From Candidatus Acidiferrum sp. (GTDB lineage Bacteria; Verrucomicrobiota; Verrucomicrobiia; Limisphaerales; UBA11358): a stretch of 64,000 nucleotides of DNA. The stretch is taken from positions 21,904 to 85,903 of the forward strand of contig DATJOW010000053.1 in the NCBI GenBank assembly GCA_035506715.1. Reading direction: 5' to 3'. The position numbers and the translations under genes were made by a program. The notes beneath the pieces are model-generated. The model was not told the origin of the DNA and made no database searches. It was given only the letters and a program-made list of their open reading frames with translations. Below, piece after piece: positions 19,426 to 28,900 of this stretch (positions are counted from its first letter, which is position 1; each line of letters starts with the position of its first letter).

Positions 19426-19842
19426 TCAGTTTTCGATGAATTTGACTCGAAAATCCTTGCAGGCCGGGTTGGGCGCCACGGCCGAGATGAACTTGCTTTC
19501 CCCGCCTTCAATCTGGTCAGACACGGTCGGCGAGGCGACGTTGTTGATCAGCATCCCGCTGGCATCGAACCATTCGAAACGATAGCTGAAGCTCTGGAGC
19601 GAACGTTTATTGTTGAGCAGTTCGAGCTGGACTTTGAGCAGGCCGCCCGGGGTCATGGATTGGTTCAGGCCGACGAAGGAAACCTTCCGGGCGAGGCTGG
19701 AATCGGTGATGACCCGCGAATCGGAGATCATCTGGCGCTGGCCCTCCTTCTGGGCGTTTTCGATCGTGTTCATCGAGGTGCGGCACCCGGTCACGGCCAG
19801 CAGGGCCGCCCCGGCCAGGGGAAGCAGAATGCGCATTTTCAT
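19426..19842 (-). CDS. YcfL-like (DUF1425) lipoprotein
   Basis: The lipobox is AVTGC. SYRFEWFDASGMLI matches the E. coli YcfL motif YRFYWYDARGLEM. It sits next to the LpoB-like gene, as ycfL does in E. coli. Confidence 0.65.
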   Translation of the reverse strand: MKMRILLPLAGAALLAVTGCRTSMNTIENAQKEGQRQMISDSRVITDSSLARKVSFVGLNQSMTPGGLLKVQLELLNNKRSLQSFSYRFEWFDASGMLINNVASPTVSDQIEGGESKFISAVAPNPACKDFRVKFIEN

Positions 19843-21335
19843 TTCAATTTAAACTGTGTCACCAGCAGCGGACTGCCGGCGGTGATGGACTTGACGTAAA
19901 TGATGTTAATCGTACCGTCGTCAATTGTCACCGGGATTTTTTGACCGGTGCCGGGCGCTTCCAGTTCAATCTTCCGGTCGGCCGGCGTGGGAAAATGGCA
20001 GACCTGGAATTCCTTGGGCAGGGTCGTCCAAGTGCGTTCATCGGCAATGTTCACCGACATCTGGTAAACGGCCGTCCCGAGTTGCAGGAGGGCCGCCAGC
20101 CAGTTTTGCTGGTGCGAGCCGACTTCATTAACGGCGTAGGAGCCGGCCGCCTTGATGACCGTCGAGGCGATGGTTTTGGTAATGATCAACGGCAGCTCGT
20201 TTTTGAATTCGAGGCCGATGATGCTGTCCATGCTGGCCAACAGACTGGTGGTGGCGAGGACGCCGTTTCCGGGTGCGCCGTTGGTGTTCCCGCCGGAACG
20301 GTCAGCGGTCACCGTGAGGCTGGGCGCGTAATTGCCCTGGGGCTTGAGGGTGGGGAAGGCTGCGCCGACGTAGGACACTTTCGTGAACACGACCGGTATG
20401 TCGATGCGAATCTGGTCGCGGACGGGCGCACAGCCGGTTTCGAAAATCACATAGGTCGTGGGCGCGAGGGGTTTGCCATTGATCAAGTCATTCACGGCGG
20501 CCAGGTCCTGTTTGACATATTCATTGTCCGGTGCGTAGGCCACGACGCGCTCGAACGATTTGCGGGCCCGTTCCAGGTCCGAACCATCCGCGGCCTGGAC
20601 CATAAAGAACAGCCCGTCCAGATAAACGGTGAACGGGTTGACATAGTTGGCGTAGGAGCTGAGAACGCCGAGATTCGTGTAGGATCCCATCATCTCCGCC
20701 TGCAATCTCGGGTCCTGTTCGGCCTTTTTGATCGCCGCCGCGTGCTCGTTCTTGGCGGCCGCTTCCTGGGCCTCGGCGATGCGTTTCTTGTTGAGCTCGA
20801 CGGCGTCTCCCTGGCGTTGATAAGCGCGGATCAGTTCCGGGCGCGCCTTGTCGGGCTCGCCCAGCTGGAGATAATTCAGCGCCCGGTAGGTGTTCAACAT
20901 GACGCCGTCGTAAGTGCGGCCTTCGTAGTCGAGGTTGGCCTGGTTGGACAGCATCGCAGCGGTTTCCTGGCCGACCCGGACCTTGGCCTTCTGCGCGTAC
21001 TCGTCGATTTCATTCTGAGCGCGGTCGAACGCCTGGTTGCTTTCCTCGTACCGGCCGGCGCCGCGCAGCACGGCGCCCTGCTCCAGATGCCAGATGACGG
21101 CGTCCTTGCCCTTGGCCTTTTTTTTGGCCATCGAGTTGGCTTCGCTCACCGCATTGGTCAGGCGACCCTGGCGCCAGTATTGAATGACGTGGTTTTGCTC
21201 CTGGTAGGTCCGGCAACCGGTGGTCAAAAGACCGAGCAGGGTGGCAACCAACCCCAGCGGAACCCAAAGCCGGATTGCCGCGCTCGTGCGCCGGTCCGAT
21301 TCGATGGCCGCGGATGTCGGTTGACTGCGGTTCAC
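19839..21335 (-). CDS. TPR-like lipoprotein (COG3014-like), unknown function
   Basis: 498 aa with a GTG start overlapping the upstream stop. The lipobox is LLTTGC and the N-terminal half is helical-repeat-like. Confidence 0.6.
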   Translation of the reverse strand: MNRSQPTSAAIESDRRTSAAIRLWVPLGLVATLLGLLTTGCRTYQEQNHVIQYWRQGRLTNAVSEANSMAKKKAKGKDAVIWHLEQGAVLRGAGRYEESNQAFDRAQNEIDEYAQKAKVRVGQETAAMLSNQANLDYEGRTYDGVMLNTYRALNYLQLGEPDKARPELIRAYQRQGDAVELNKKRIAEAQEAAAKNEHAAAIKKAEQDPRLQAEMMGSYTNLGVLSSYANYVNPFTVYLDGLFFMVQAADGSDLERARKSFERVVAYAPDNEYVKQDLAAVNDLINGKPLAPTTYVIFETGCAPVRDQIRIDIPVVFTKVSYVGAAFPTLKPQGNYAPSLTVTADRSGGNTNGAPGNGVLATTSLLASMDSIIGLEFKNELPLIITKTIASTVIKAAGSYAVNEVGSHQQNWLAALLQLGTAVYQMSVNIADERTWTTLPKEFQVCHFPTPADRKIELEAPGTGQKIPVTIDDGTINIIYVKSITAGSPLLVTQFKLK

Positions 21336-22234
21336 TGCGGTTTGCGCAGGATGGCGCCCTTGTCAATGCCCGTGTCGTCCAAAACCTCCGCCGTCGAGGT
21401 CTTGGGGTTGACCTGGGTGATCTTCACTTTGCCCACCTTCACCTCTTCGCGGCCGAGTGATTCCTTGGTGTCCGGATCGGTCAACTCCTCGCCCAAGGCA
21501 TACACGTTGAAGACGTCGCCCACGGCCACGCCGCCGCCCTCACCACGGTTGATCGTCACTTCCTTATCCCGCTTGACCAGCACCTTGGCGGGGAAGACGA
21601 CATCGGCGATGCGGTTGGCGATCTTCTGGGCCATTTCCCGCGAAACCGCCACCATCATCTCGTCGCTCAATTCGCCATCCTTGACCGTGTAACTGCGCTC
21701 CTCCTGGATGCGTTTGAACTCGTCATTGCCGGTCTGGAAATTTGCCGACTCCAGGAGTTTGCCGGTGCTGGCATCATAAACCTTGGCCACGACGGACAGC
21801 CGGAAGACGCGCTTGGTGGCGCTGCGGCCCGTGCCTTCAAACGTGGCCTTCTCCACGAAATCCTGGTAATCATCCACCGTCGTCACCAGCAGGTATTTCG
21901 CGCCGGTGACCTTGCCGGCCTGGGCGGCCGTTTTGGCATCCACGTTGCCGGAGGCGCCCAGGTCCTGCTCCTTGAGGATTTCGGCCAGGTCGCTGCGCCC
22001 CACCACGTCGAACTTGCGCGTGGCATTGATGCGGTCGATGAGCTGGCTGTCGAGGGACTCGATGATGCGGCCCATCTCCACCTTCTTGTCCGGCTTGACG
22101 GATGCCGCCAGGGACGGGGTGGGTTTGATGGCGCCGACGGCCAGCGTGGCCTTCCCTTCCTGCGCCGAAACCGATCCGGCCAGCAGCAGCAGACCCAAAA
22201 GCCCGAAACCAATGTTGCGAATGGAGTTTTTCAT
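21332..22234 (-). CDS. CsgG/HfaB-like periplasmic/outer-membrane protein
   Basis: Start trimmed to the ATG at 22234, with a signal peptide. LDSQLIDRINATRKFDVVGRSDLAEILKEQDL resembles the CsgG-family core motif. A C-terminal beta-rich extension is present. Confidence 0.6.
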   Translation of the reverse strand: MKNSIRNIGFGLLGLLLLAGSVSAQEGKATLAVGAIKPTPSLAASVKPDKKVEMGRIIESLDSQLIDRINATRKFDVVGRSDLAEILKEQDLGASGNVDAKTAAQAGKVTGAKYLLVTTVDDYQDFVEKATFEGTGRSATKRVFRLSVVAKVYDASTGKLLESANFQTGNDEFKRIQEERSYTVKDGELSDEMMVAVSREMAQKIANRIADVVFPAKVLVKRDKEVTINRGEGGGVAVGDVFNVYALGEELTDPDTKESLGREEVKVGKVKITQVNPKTSTAEVLDDTGIDKGAILRKPQ

Positions 22235-22263
22235 GGCGGTTCCTTGATGCGATGACAATTCAA

Positions 22264-23646
22264 TCAATAGAGGCTCTTGTAAATTTTGACGTTTTCCTTC
22301 GTGTCGACCCGGTAATGGCTTTCACTGAAAAACTTCGCGATGCCTTCGATCCGCTTGACCTCGGCGTCGGTCAGCTTCTGGTCATCTTGCAACAATTGCA
22401 GGAAGGCCACGTTGTCCTTCCAACGATTGTAGCCCGCATCGCTCAGCTGCATCGCCACGTGCAGTTTCTGCCCGGCGTAGAGGTTGACCGTTCGTTCCCA
22501 ATCCTTGAAACCCTCGCGCGACAGCCGCAGCTTGTGCAGCCCAGGGAAGGCCTGGAACGTGCCGGGGGCCGAACCGATGGCGATGCCGTCGAGCTCGACG
22601 GTCACGTCCAGCGGTTGCACCTCGATCGGCGCGTTGGTCTTCACCACGCGCTTGTCCGCCGTCACCTGCACGTTCGGCACGGTCAGCGGCTGATCCTTGA
22701 TGTCCGTCATGGTACAGGCGATGGAAAAGCTGACTTGCTTGTCCTTGGCGACCGTGGCCGGGAGCGCCGCGGCGGCGCTCACCAGCGTGTCGGCCAGCTG
22801 ATTGGCGGCGTCATCCAGCAAATCATTGATGACCTCGCTGCTGTCCACCTGCAGATTGGCGGACTGGCGGAGGGTCTTCGTTGCGGTGGCCATGCCACCC
22901 TTGATGGCGCCGCCCTCGCCAGCCTCGACGATTTTGCAGCTCACGCGCAGGGTGTACGTGACATTGATCGTGCTGATGCCGTCGGCATTGTAGGTCTTCT
23001 TCTCCGTACCGTAGGTCGTGAGGGATGGAATCAAAATGAAATCGGCTCCGAGGTTTTGCGCGAGCCGAAGCGCGGAGGTGCTGTCACTCAGCGCCTGGTC
23101 CAATTTGGTCGTGTCCGGCGTGACGGCGAACTTCGCCGAATCCGACTGGGACACATTCAGGGACGCGGAACCCTGGCCGAAGCCGCTGCTGAGATTAGTC
23201 CGGCCGGCGGTCAGCTGGGCTGAATCGGTCCGGGCCAAATCCAGAGCGCCAGTCTGGGTGCCCGCGTTGTCTTCAGCCTTGCCGCGCACGGCGGCGGCCT
23301 GGGCGAGTTGTGCCTGCGCGGTGCCCGCCGCGCCGGATTGACTGTGGGAGGCGGCGTCGGCACTCGCATTCACGGCGGTTTGCCCTGACACGGCGACGCC
23401 CACCGATGGATAGGTTTTCAACGCGTTGAGCGTCACGTCCCGGCTGATGATCGAATAGCCTTTGCCGGCAATGCGGCTGCTCAACAAATCTTCGAACACG
23501 GCCACCTTGTCGTTGAGCTGGGCCCCCGCGCGATTTTCGACGATAATGGCGACCTTGCGCGGCGAGGCGGTCGCCGTATCGGCAGCCGACGATGATCCGG
23601 CCGCCAAAAGACCGGCGGCCAATAAAAACAGGGAAGACAAGCGCAT
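22264..23646 (-). CDS. PEGA domain-containing secreted protein
   Basis: It has a signal peptide and a PEGA-like segment (VELDGIAIGSAPGTFQAFPGLHKLRLSREGFKDWERTVNLYAGQKLHV). The N-terminal LpoB/CsgG-like module is interrupted by a Ser/Ala/Gln/Gly-rich (A/Q/S/G/T) low-complexity insert. Confidence 0.65.
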   Translation of the reverse strand: MRLSSLFLLAAGLLAAGSSSAADTATASPRKVAIIVENRAGAQLNDKVAVFEDLLSSRIAGKGYSIISRDVTLNALKTYPSVGVAVSGQTAVNASADAASHSQSGAAGTAQAQLAQAAAVRGKAEDNAGTQTGALDLARTDSAQLTAGRTNLSSGFGQGSASLNVSQSDSAKFAVTPDTTKLDQALSDSTSALRLAQNLGADFILIPSLTTYGTEKKTYNADGISTINVTYTLRVSCKIVEAGEGGAIKGGMATATKTLRQSANLQVDSSEVINDLLDDAANQLADTLVSAAAALPATVAKDKQVSFSIACTMTDIKDQPLTVPNVQVTADKRVVKTNAPIEVQPLDVTVELDGIAIGSAPGTFQAFPGLHKLRLSREGFKDWERTVNLYAGQKLHVAMQLSDAGYNRWKDNVAFLQLLQDDQKLTDAEVKRIEGIAKFFSESHYRVDTKENVKIYKSLY

Positions 23647-23682
23647 AATATTTTGCGGTCAGATAACCGGGTCGATAGGATT

Positions 23683-24171
23683 TTATTGGGGCAGGTTGTT
23701 CGTAGTCACGGCGGTCGCCGGCGCCCCTACCGGAGCCGGAGCAACCGCGGCCGGCGCGGCCGCGGCAGGCACAGCCGCCGCCGCCGGAGGCGTCGCGGGT
23801 GCGGGCGGCGGTTTGGGATTGCCCGTCGGCGCCGGCATTTTCACGGGGCGGCCATATTGATCCACTAAAACGTCGTAGGGCACCTGGATCGTCCGGCCGT
23901 CCGCAGTGGTTTCCGTGCGCCAGTACCGGACCATGTGATAGTCGCGATGGAACGGCGCAGCCACGCCATGCACGACGCCCTCGGCGGCGCCCACGCCGAA
24001 GCCGGCCACGTTGCCGGCGGTGACACCGACGGCGTTGCCGACCGTTTTACCGGCAACCGGACCGGGATGATAGGGACTGGTGCCGCCGTAGTCGGTGCTG
24101 CTGCAACCCGCAAGCAGCAAAACCGATGACAACGAACCCAAACCGACGAGGATAAAACGGCAAGCTTTCAT
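23683..24171 (-). CDS. lipoprotein with Pro/Ala-rich C-terminal tail
   Basis: Start trimmed to the ATG at 24171. The lipobox is LLAGC and the C-terminus is PAPTGNPKPPPAPATPPAAAAVPAAAAPAA... Confidence 0.55.
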   Translation of the reverse strand: MKACRFILVGLGSLSSVLLLAGCSSTDYGGTSPYHPGPVAGKTVGNAVGVTAGNVAGFGVGAAEGVVHGVAAPFHRDYHMVRYWRTETTADGRTIQVPYDVLVDQYGRPVKMPAPTGNPKPPPAPATPPAAAAVPAAAAPAAVAPAPVGAPATAVTTNNLPQ

Positions 24172-24505
24172 AAGTATTTTGATCTTTTGAACCACTCCGC
24201 CCACTTGAAGCAAACCTAGTGCCGGAAAATCCGCCGTCAAGGAAATTATCGGTGCGAAATCCCGCCCCGGCGCAGCTTGATGCTGTTCGTGGAACGGGCG
24301 GCTGGCAGCCGCCAAAACCCGCAGCCAAGATGGCTGCGCTCGATAGCGCAAGCTTCCCCCCTGCGGGTTGAGGCATCTTCCAGATACCACAGTCCAACTG
24401 GCGGAAAGGCTCGGCATAAGGATTGGGTCAACATGCCTGCGCCCGGACCCTCATCCGCGTCATCAAGCTTGCCTTGCGTGCCGGTGGCCGTTTCAATGGT
24501 CTGCC

Positions 24506-25279
24506 ATGGTGGCCAAACGAGTCATCCCGTGCCTGGACGTGCATGCCGGCCAGGTCACCCGCGGCGTCCAGTTCGGCAAGGCGGAGGCCGGCGAACTGCG
24601 CAATGTCGGCGATCCCGTCGAACTCGCGCTCCGCTACAACGAGCAGGGCGCCGACGAAATGGTGTTTTTCGACATCACCGCCAGCGCGCACGGCCGCGCC
24701 ACGATGGTGGACGTGATCGAGCGCGCCGCCGACCAGTGCTTTATGCCGCTCACCGTCGGCGGCGGCCTCAAGTCCGTGGACGACATGTTCACGATGCTCC
24801 GCGCCGGGGCGGACAAAATCAGCATCAACTCCAGCGCGCTGGCGCGGCCGGAACTCATCCGCGAAGGCGCGGAAAAATTCGGCAGCCAGTGCATCGTCGT
24901 TTCCATTGACGCCAAGAAAATCGCGCCGGACCGCTGGGGGGTGTTTTCGCACGGGGGACGCAAGGATACCGGCCGCGATGCCGTGGAGTGGGCGAAAAAA
25001 GCCGTGGCGCTCGGGGCGGGCGAAATCGTTTTGAACTCGATTGACGCCGACGGCACGAAGGCGGGGTTCGATCTGGTCATTACCCGGCGCATCAGCGAGG
25101 CGGTAGGCGTGCCGGTGGTGGCCAGCGGCGGGGCGGGCAGCCTGGAACACATGGCCGAGGTGCTGCTCGCCGGCAAGGCCGACGCCGTTCTGGCCGCGAG
25201 CATTTTCCACTTTGGCGAATATACCGTGGGCGACGTGAAGCGATTTTTGGCCAAGCAGAACATTCCCGTGCGGCTGTGA
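24506..25279 (+). CDS. hisF: imidazole glycerol phosphate synthase cyclase subunit
   Basis: ATG at 24506. [23 protein letters not shown] is followed by the full (beta-alpha)8 pattern. No other his genes are adjacent. Confidence 0.95.
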   Translation: MVAKRVIPCLDVHAGQVTRGVQFGKAEAGELRNVGDPVELALRYNEQGADEMVFFDITASAHGRATMVDVIERAADQCFMPLTVGGGLKSVDDMFTMLRAGADKISINSSALARPELIREGAEKFGSQCIVVSIDAKKIAPDRWGVFSHGGRKDTGRDAVEWAKKAVALGAGEIVLNSIDADGTKAGFDLVITRRISEAVGVPVVASGGAGSLEHMAEVLLAGKADAVLAASIFHFGEYTVGDVKRFLAKQNIPVRL

Positions 25280-25417
25280 GCCGGCACCCGCTCATGCTTG
25301 TACGCCAACTCGCGAAGCGGTTCCTCCCATCGACATTGCATTACTGCCCGCCGCCCGCGTCGCTCGTCCCTCGACTCTCGACAAGCCTCGGGCGTTCTGT
25401 TTAATTGGCCGCGCCCG

Positions 25418-27622
25418 ATGAGAAAACCGCTTGCCATCGTCCTGCTCGCCATTTTCGTCGCGATGATTCCATCGGTGCTCCCGGCCCAGGAACAGCAGTT
25501 GGTGATGCAGGCGCTGAAACAAATCATTCCCAGCGCCCCCGAAGGCCACGTGGATTACGACTTTGCGAACGGCACGGCCCACGGGACCAACGTCTTCGTG
25601 CAATACGGCAACGCCTCGCTGACAGCCGACAGCGCGGACATGAACTGGCAAACGGGCGAGGTGAAAGCCGATGGCCACGTCCGCATCGAAGAGGGCCAAC
25701 AGGTCTGGGCGGGCGAACATATCCGCTACAATCTCAAGACGCGCCAGATGCAGAGCGAGGAGTTCCGCACCGGCAAGCCACCGGTGTTCGCGCAGGGCGT
25801 GCATTTGACCGGCGACACGAGCAACCAGGTCTATGTGGCCCAGCATGCCTATGTCACCACCGACGACGTGAGCGAGCCGGCGGTCCGCGTCCGCTCCACC
25901 CACATCAAGATCGTTCCCGGGAAATATGTCGAGATGTGGAATGCCGTGCTGTACTTGGACGGCGTGCCGACCTTTTACTTTCCGTATTATCGGCGGCAAC
26001 TGGGGCCGCGCGCGAACAATTTCAACTTTCTGCCCGGCTATCGCAATGCCTACGGACCGTTTTTGCTCAGCACCTACACCTGGTATCTCAACGACGCGGT
26101 GGACGGCAAAATCCACGTGGATTATCGCGAAAGTCGCGGGCTGGGCACCGGGCCGGATGTCAATTTGAACCTCGGCCGCTGGGGCGAGGCGAATATCAAA
26201 TATTATTACCTGCACGACGAGAAGCCCGATAACAGCACCAACGGCACGCCCTGGACGGAGGGCATTGCGAACGACCGGCAGCGCGTGTACTTCGGCTACC
26301 AGGCCACCCCCGCCACCAATCTCAACGTGAAAGCGCTGGTGAATTACCAGTCCGACCCGCTGGTGTTGCATGACTTCTTCCTGAGCTCCTACGCCAACAA
26401 TCCCCAGCCCTACTCCTTCACCGAGGTCAACAAGTACGGGAACAACTGGAGCGTGGACGCTCTCACGACGCCGCAGGTGAACAATTTTTTCGACCAGATC
26501 GAGCGGCTGCCCGAGGTGCAGCTCACCGGCCACCGCCAGCAACTTCTCAATACGCCGGTCTATTATGACAGCTCCAGCTCCGCGGGCTATTACCGGGCGT
26601 ATTTCGCGGACACCAACGGGCCCGCGCCGCTGGGTTATTCCGCCATGCGCGTGGATTCGTTCCAGCAATTGCTCCTGCCGGAAACCTTTTTCGGCTGGCT
26701 GAACGTCACGCCCCGCGTGGGCGGGCGTTACACCTACTACGGCTCGGAAATCGGGCCGGGCGGCACCAACACCGCGGCCAACCGCTGGGTCTTCAACACC
26801 GGCGGCGAAGTCTCGTTCAAGCTTTCCCGGCTGTGGACCGGAGCGACCAATTCGCTCCTGGCCGTGGACGGCCTGCGCCACGTCATCGAGCCGTCCGCCA
26901 CCTACGCTTACGTGCCCACGCCCAACAAGACGCCCTCCCAGGTGCCGCAGTTCGACACCCAGCTGCCCTGCCCCGAGCTGCTGCCCATCCAGTTCCCCGA
27001 TTACAATGACATTGACGCGATCGACAGCGAAAACGTGCTCAGTTTCGGCCTGCGCAACACGTTTCAAACCAAACGCGCCGGGCAGGTGGAAAACTTGTTC
27101 GACTGCAATGTCCGGCTCGACTGGCGACTCAACCCGAATCCCGGCCAGAACACCTTAAACGACCTTTTCTCCAGCATCTCGTTCCGCCCCCGGACCTGGG
27201 CGCTGCTCAATTCCCAGTTGCGTTACGACATCAACGGCGACGCGCTGAACATGGCGTTCAACCAGCTCACGCTCACGCCCGGCGAGCGGTGGAGCTGGGG
27301 CATTGGCCATTATTATCTGCGCAACGGCTTTCTGGGCAACGGCGCCGATTTGATCACCAGCACCCTGTTCTTCCGGATGAGCGACAACTGGGGTGTCCGC
27401 GCCACGCACAAGATCAACGTTTACACCGGCCAGTTGCAGGAGCAGATGTACACCCTCTACCGCGACATGCGGAGCTGGACCGGCGCGCTGAGCTTGCGCT
27501 ACATGGACAATGGCAGCGGCCCCATGGACTTCACCGTGGCCTTCACCTTCTCGCTCAAGGCCGCGCCCAAGACCCCCCTGGGCCAGGAAGCCATCAGCCC
27601 GTATCACCTAGTTGGAGAATAA
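25418..27622 (+). CDS. lptD: LPS-assembly protein LptD (OstA family)
   Basis: ATG at 25418 with a signal peptide. The N-terminus is OstA-like (LTADSADMNWQTGEVKADGHVRIEEG) and a long beta-barrel-like region follows. Confidence 0.7.
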   Translation: MRKPLAIVLLAIFVAMIPSVLPAQEQQLVMQALKQIIPSAPEGHVDYDFANGTAHGTNVFVQYGNASLTADSADMNWQTGEVKADGHVRIEEGQQVWAGEHIRYNLKTRQMQSEEFRTGKPPVFAQGVHLTGDTSNQVYVAQHAYVTTDDVSEPAVRVRSTHIKIVPGKYVEMWNAVLYLDGVPTFYFPYYRRQLGPRANNFNFLPGYRNAYGPFLLSTYTWYLNDAVDGKIHVDYRESRGLGTGPDVNLNLGRWGEANIKYYYLHDEKPDNSTNGTPWTEGIANDRQRVYFGYQATPATNLNVKALVNYQSDPLVLHDFFLSSYANNPQPYSFTEVNKYGNNWSVDALTTPQVNNFFDQIERLPEVQLTGHRQQLLNTPVYYDSSSSAGYYRAYFADTNGPAPLGYSAMRVDSFQQLLLPETFFGWLNVTPRVGGRYTYYGSEIGPGGTNTAANRWVFNTGGEVSFKLSRLWTGATNSLLAVDGLRHVIEPSATYAYVPTPNKTPSQVPQFDTQLPCPELLPIQFPDYNDIDAIDSENVLSFGLRNTFQTKRAGQVENLFDCNVRLDWRLNPNPGQNTLNDLFSSISFRPRTWALLNSQLRYDINGDALNMAFNQLTLTPGERWSWGIGHYYLRNGFLGNGADLITSTLFFRMSDNWGVRATHKINVYTGQLQEQMYTLYRDMRSWTGALSLRYMDNGSGPMDFTVAFTFSLKAAPKTPLGQEAISPYHLVGE

Positions 27623-27692
27623 AATTAAGTCATCGCCGGGTTGGAAGTTTCTCTCTTTGAAGCGAAAAATCCGGCGCGAGCGGTTTACCATT

Positions 27693-28754
27693 TCACGCCG
27701 CCGCAAACGCCGGCAGGGACAGGCTGAAGGTCGAACCTTTGCCCGGATCGCTCTGCACGCGGATCAGCCCGTGATGTTCCTGCACAATCCGCTGGCTGAT
27801 GGCCAGCCCCAGGCCGGTCCCGTGTCGTTTGGTAGTGAAGAACGGCTCGAACAGCCGGTCCAGATGTTCCGGCGCAATGCCCACGCCGGTGTCCTGGATG
27901 CACACGCACAGGCGCGTCGCGCCCTGCTCATCCTTCGCCAGATCCGTGCCGACGGTCAGCACGCCGTTGGTGCCCATCGCCTCCAGCGCGTTCAACAGCA
28001 GATTCATGAACGCCTGCTGCAATTGCGCGTCATCGCCGCGCACCGTGTCCGGCTCGGCCCGGTACTGGCGTTGGAGCGAAATCAACTTGCCGCTGATCTG
28101 GTGCTGCACCAGGCGGAGCGAATGGTCGAGCAGTTCATGGATGCGCACGGTGGCAAAGGCCGCGCGATTGGGCCCGGCAAACCGCAACATCTGGGAGACC
28201 AGGGCGTTGATGCGAGCCAGCTCGCGCCCGACAACCTCGGTCAGTTCGCGGTCCTGGCCCTGTTGCGCCAGCACGTCCACGAACGTCTTGATGGCCACCA
28301 TGCCGTTCTTGATCTCGTGCGCCATGCTGGCTGACAGCGTGCCTAGCCCCGCCAGCCGGTCGAGCCGCCGCAGGTTCTGCTCGAAGACCGGCGCCGAGGT
28401 CAGACGGTTCAGCACCACCACGGTTTCCGCCAACGCGCCGGTTTTCACCGGCAAAATGCTCGCGCGCAGGGTCGTGGAATTGCCGAGGTGGACTTCGCGG
28501 TTCAGCACCGTCTTGCCGCTTTTGGCGGCTTCCTGAATCAGCCGGGCCAGCGGCGCCGGCAGCGCGCTCAGCGGCGCGTTCAGCAGCTTGGCCGCGTCGC
28601 GGTGCAGCTGCTCGGCCGCCTCGGCGGTGCAGGCGGCGATGCGCCGGCGGGCGCCGATGACCAGCACTCCGCAGGCAAGACATTCCTGAAGCAGACTCCC
28701 GGGGCTCTGGCCCGAGTGTCCGTTTGCTGATTTGCGTGACGTGTTGGCTGACAT
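27693..28754 (-). CDS. sensor histidine kinase (HisKA + HATPase_c), no cognate regulator adjacent
   Basis: ATG at 28754. The H-box is SASMAHEIKNGMVAIKTF, the N-box is LLLNALEAM and the G-boxes are DTGVGI and GTGLGLAISQRIV. Confidence 0.85.
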   Translation of the reverse strand: MSANTSRKSANGHSGQSPGSLLQECLACGVLVIGARRRIAACTAEAAEQLHRDAAKLLNAPLSALPAPLARLIQEAAKSGKTVLNREVHLGNSTTLRASILPVKTGALAETVVVLNRLTSAPVFEQNLRRLDRLAGLGTLSASMAHEIKNGMVAIKTFVDVLAQQGQDRELTEVVGRELARINALVSQMLRFAGPNRAAFATVRIHELLDHSLRLVQHQISGKLISLQRQYRAEPDTVRGDDAQLQQAFMNLLLNALEAMGTNGVLTVGTDLAKDEQGATRLCVCIQDTGVGIAPEHLDRLFEPFFTTKRHGTGLGLAISQRIVQEHHGLIRVQSDPGKGSTFSLSLPAFAAA

Positions 28755-28900
28755 CAAAACGGCTTGTTTGTGCAAACAACCCCGGCCTGATTTGGCCAAC
28801 CCGTGCGCACTCTGACGGATTTGGTTCGCGCCGACAACAAAAAAGGCACCCGATTTTGCACCTGACGCTGGCTCGCCCAATCGCTACGCTGCTGGGCCAG

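Noticed and set aside
19941-21692. Very long ORFs antisense to confidently called genes. Examples are 19941-21692 (+), 25292-27067 (-), 32755-34386 (-), 51669-53180 (-), 28754-30091 (-), 690-1868 (-), 62823-63965 (+) and 36110-37060 (-).
   Set aside because: Their products are Arg/Gly/Ala/Pro-rich with no motifs. Each lies opposite a gene with clear family signatures. This is the typical stop-codon-poor antisense frame of GC-rich DNA.
28755-28900. Possible FMN (RFN) riboswitch in the 146-nt leader of ribBA.
   Set aside because: The conserved RFN core blocks are absent (GGGCAGGGTGAAATTCCC-type and CCGACAGT..AGTCTGGATG-type). Only a chance CTGATTTGG resemblance is present.
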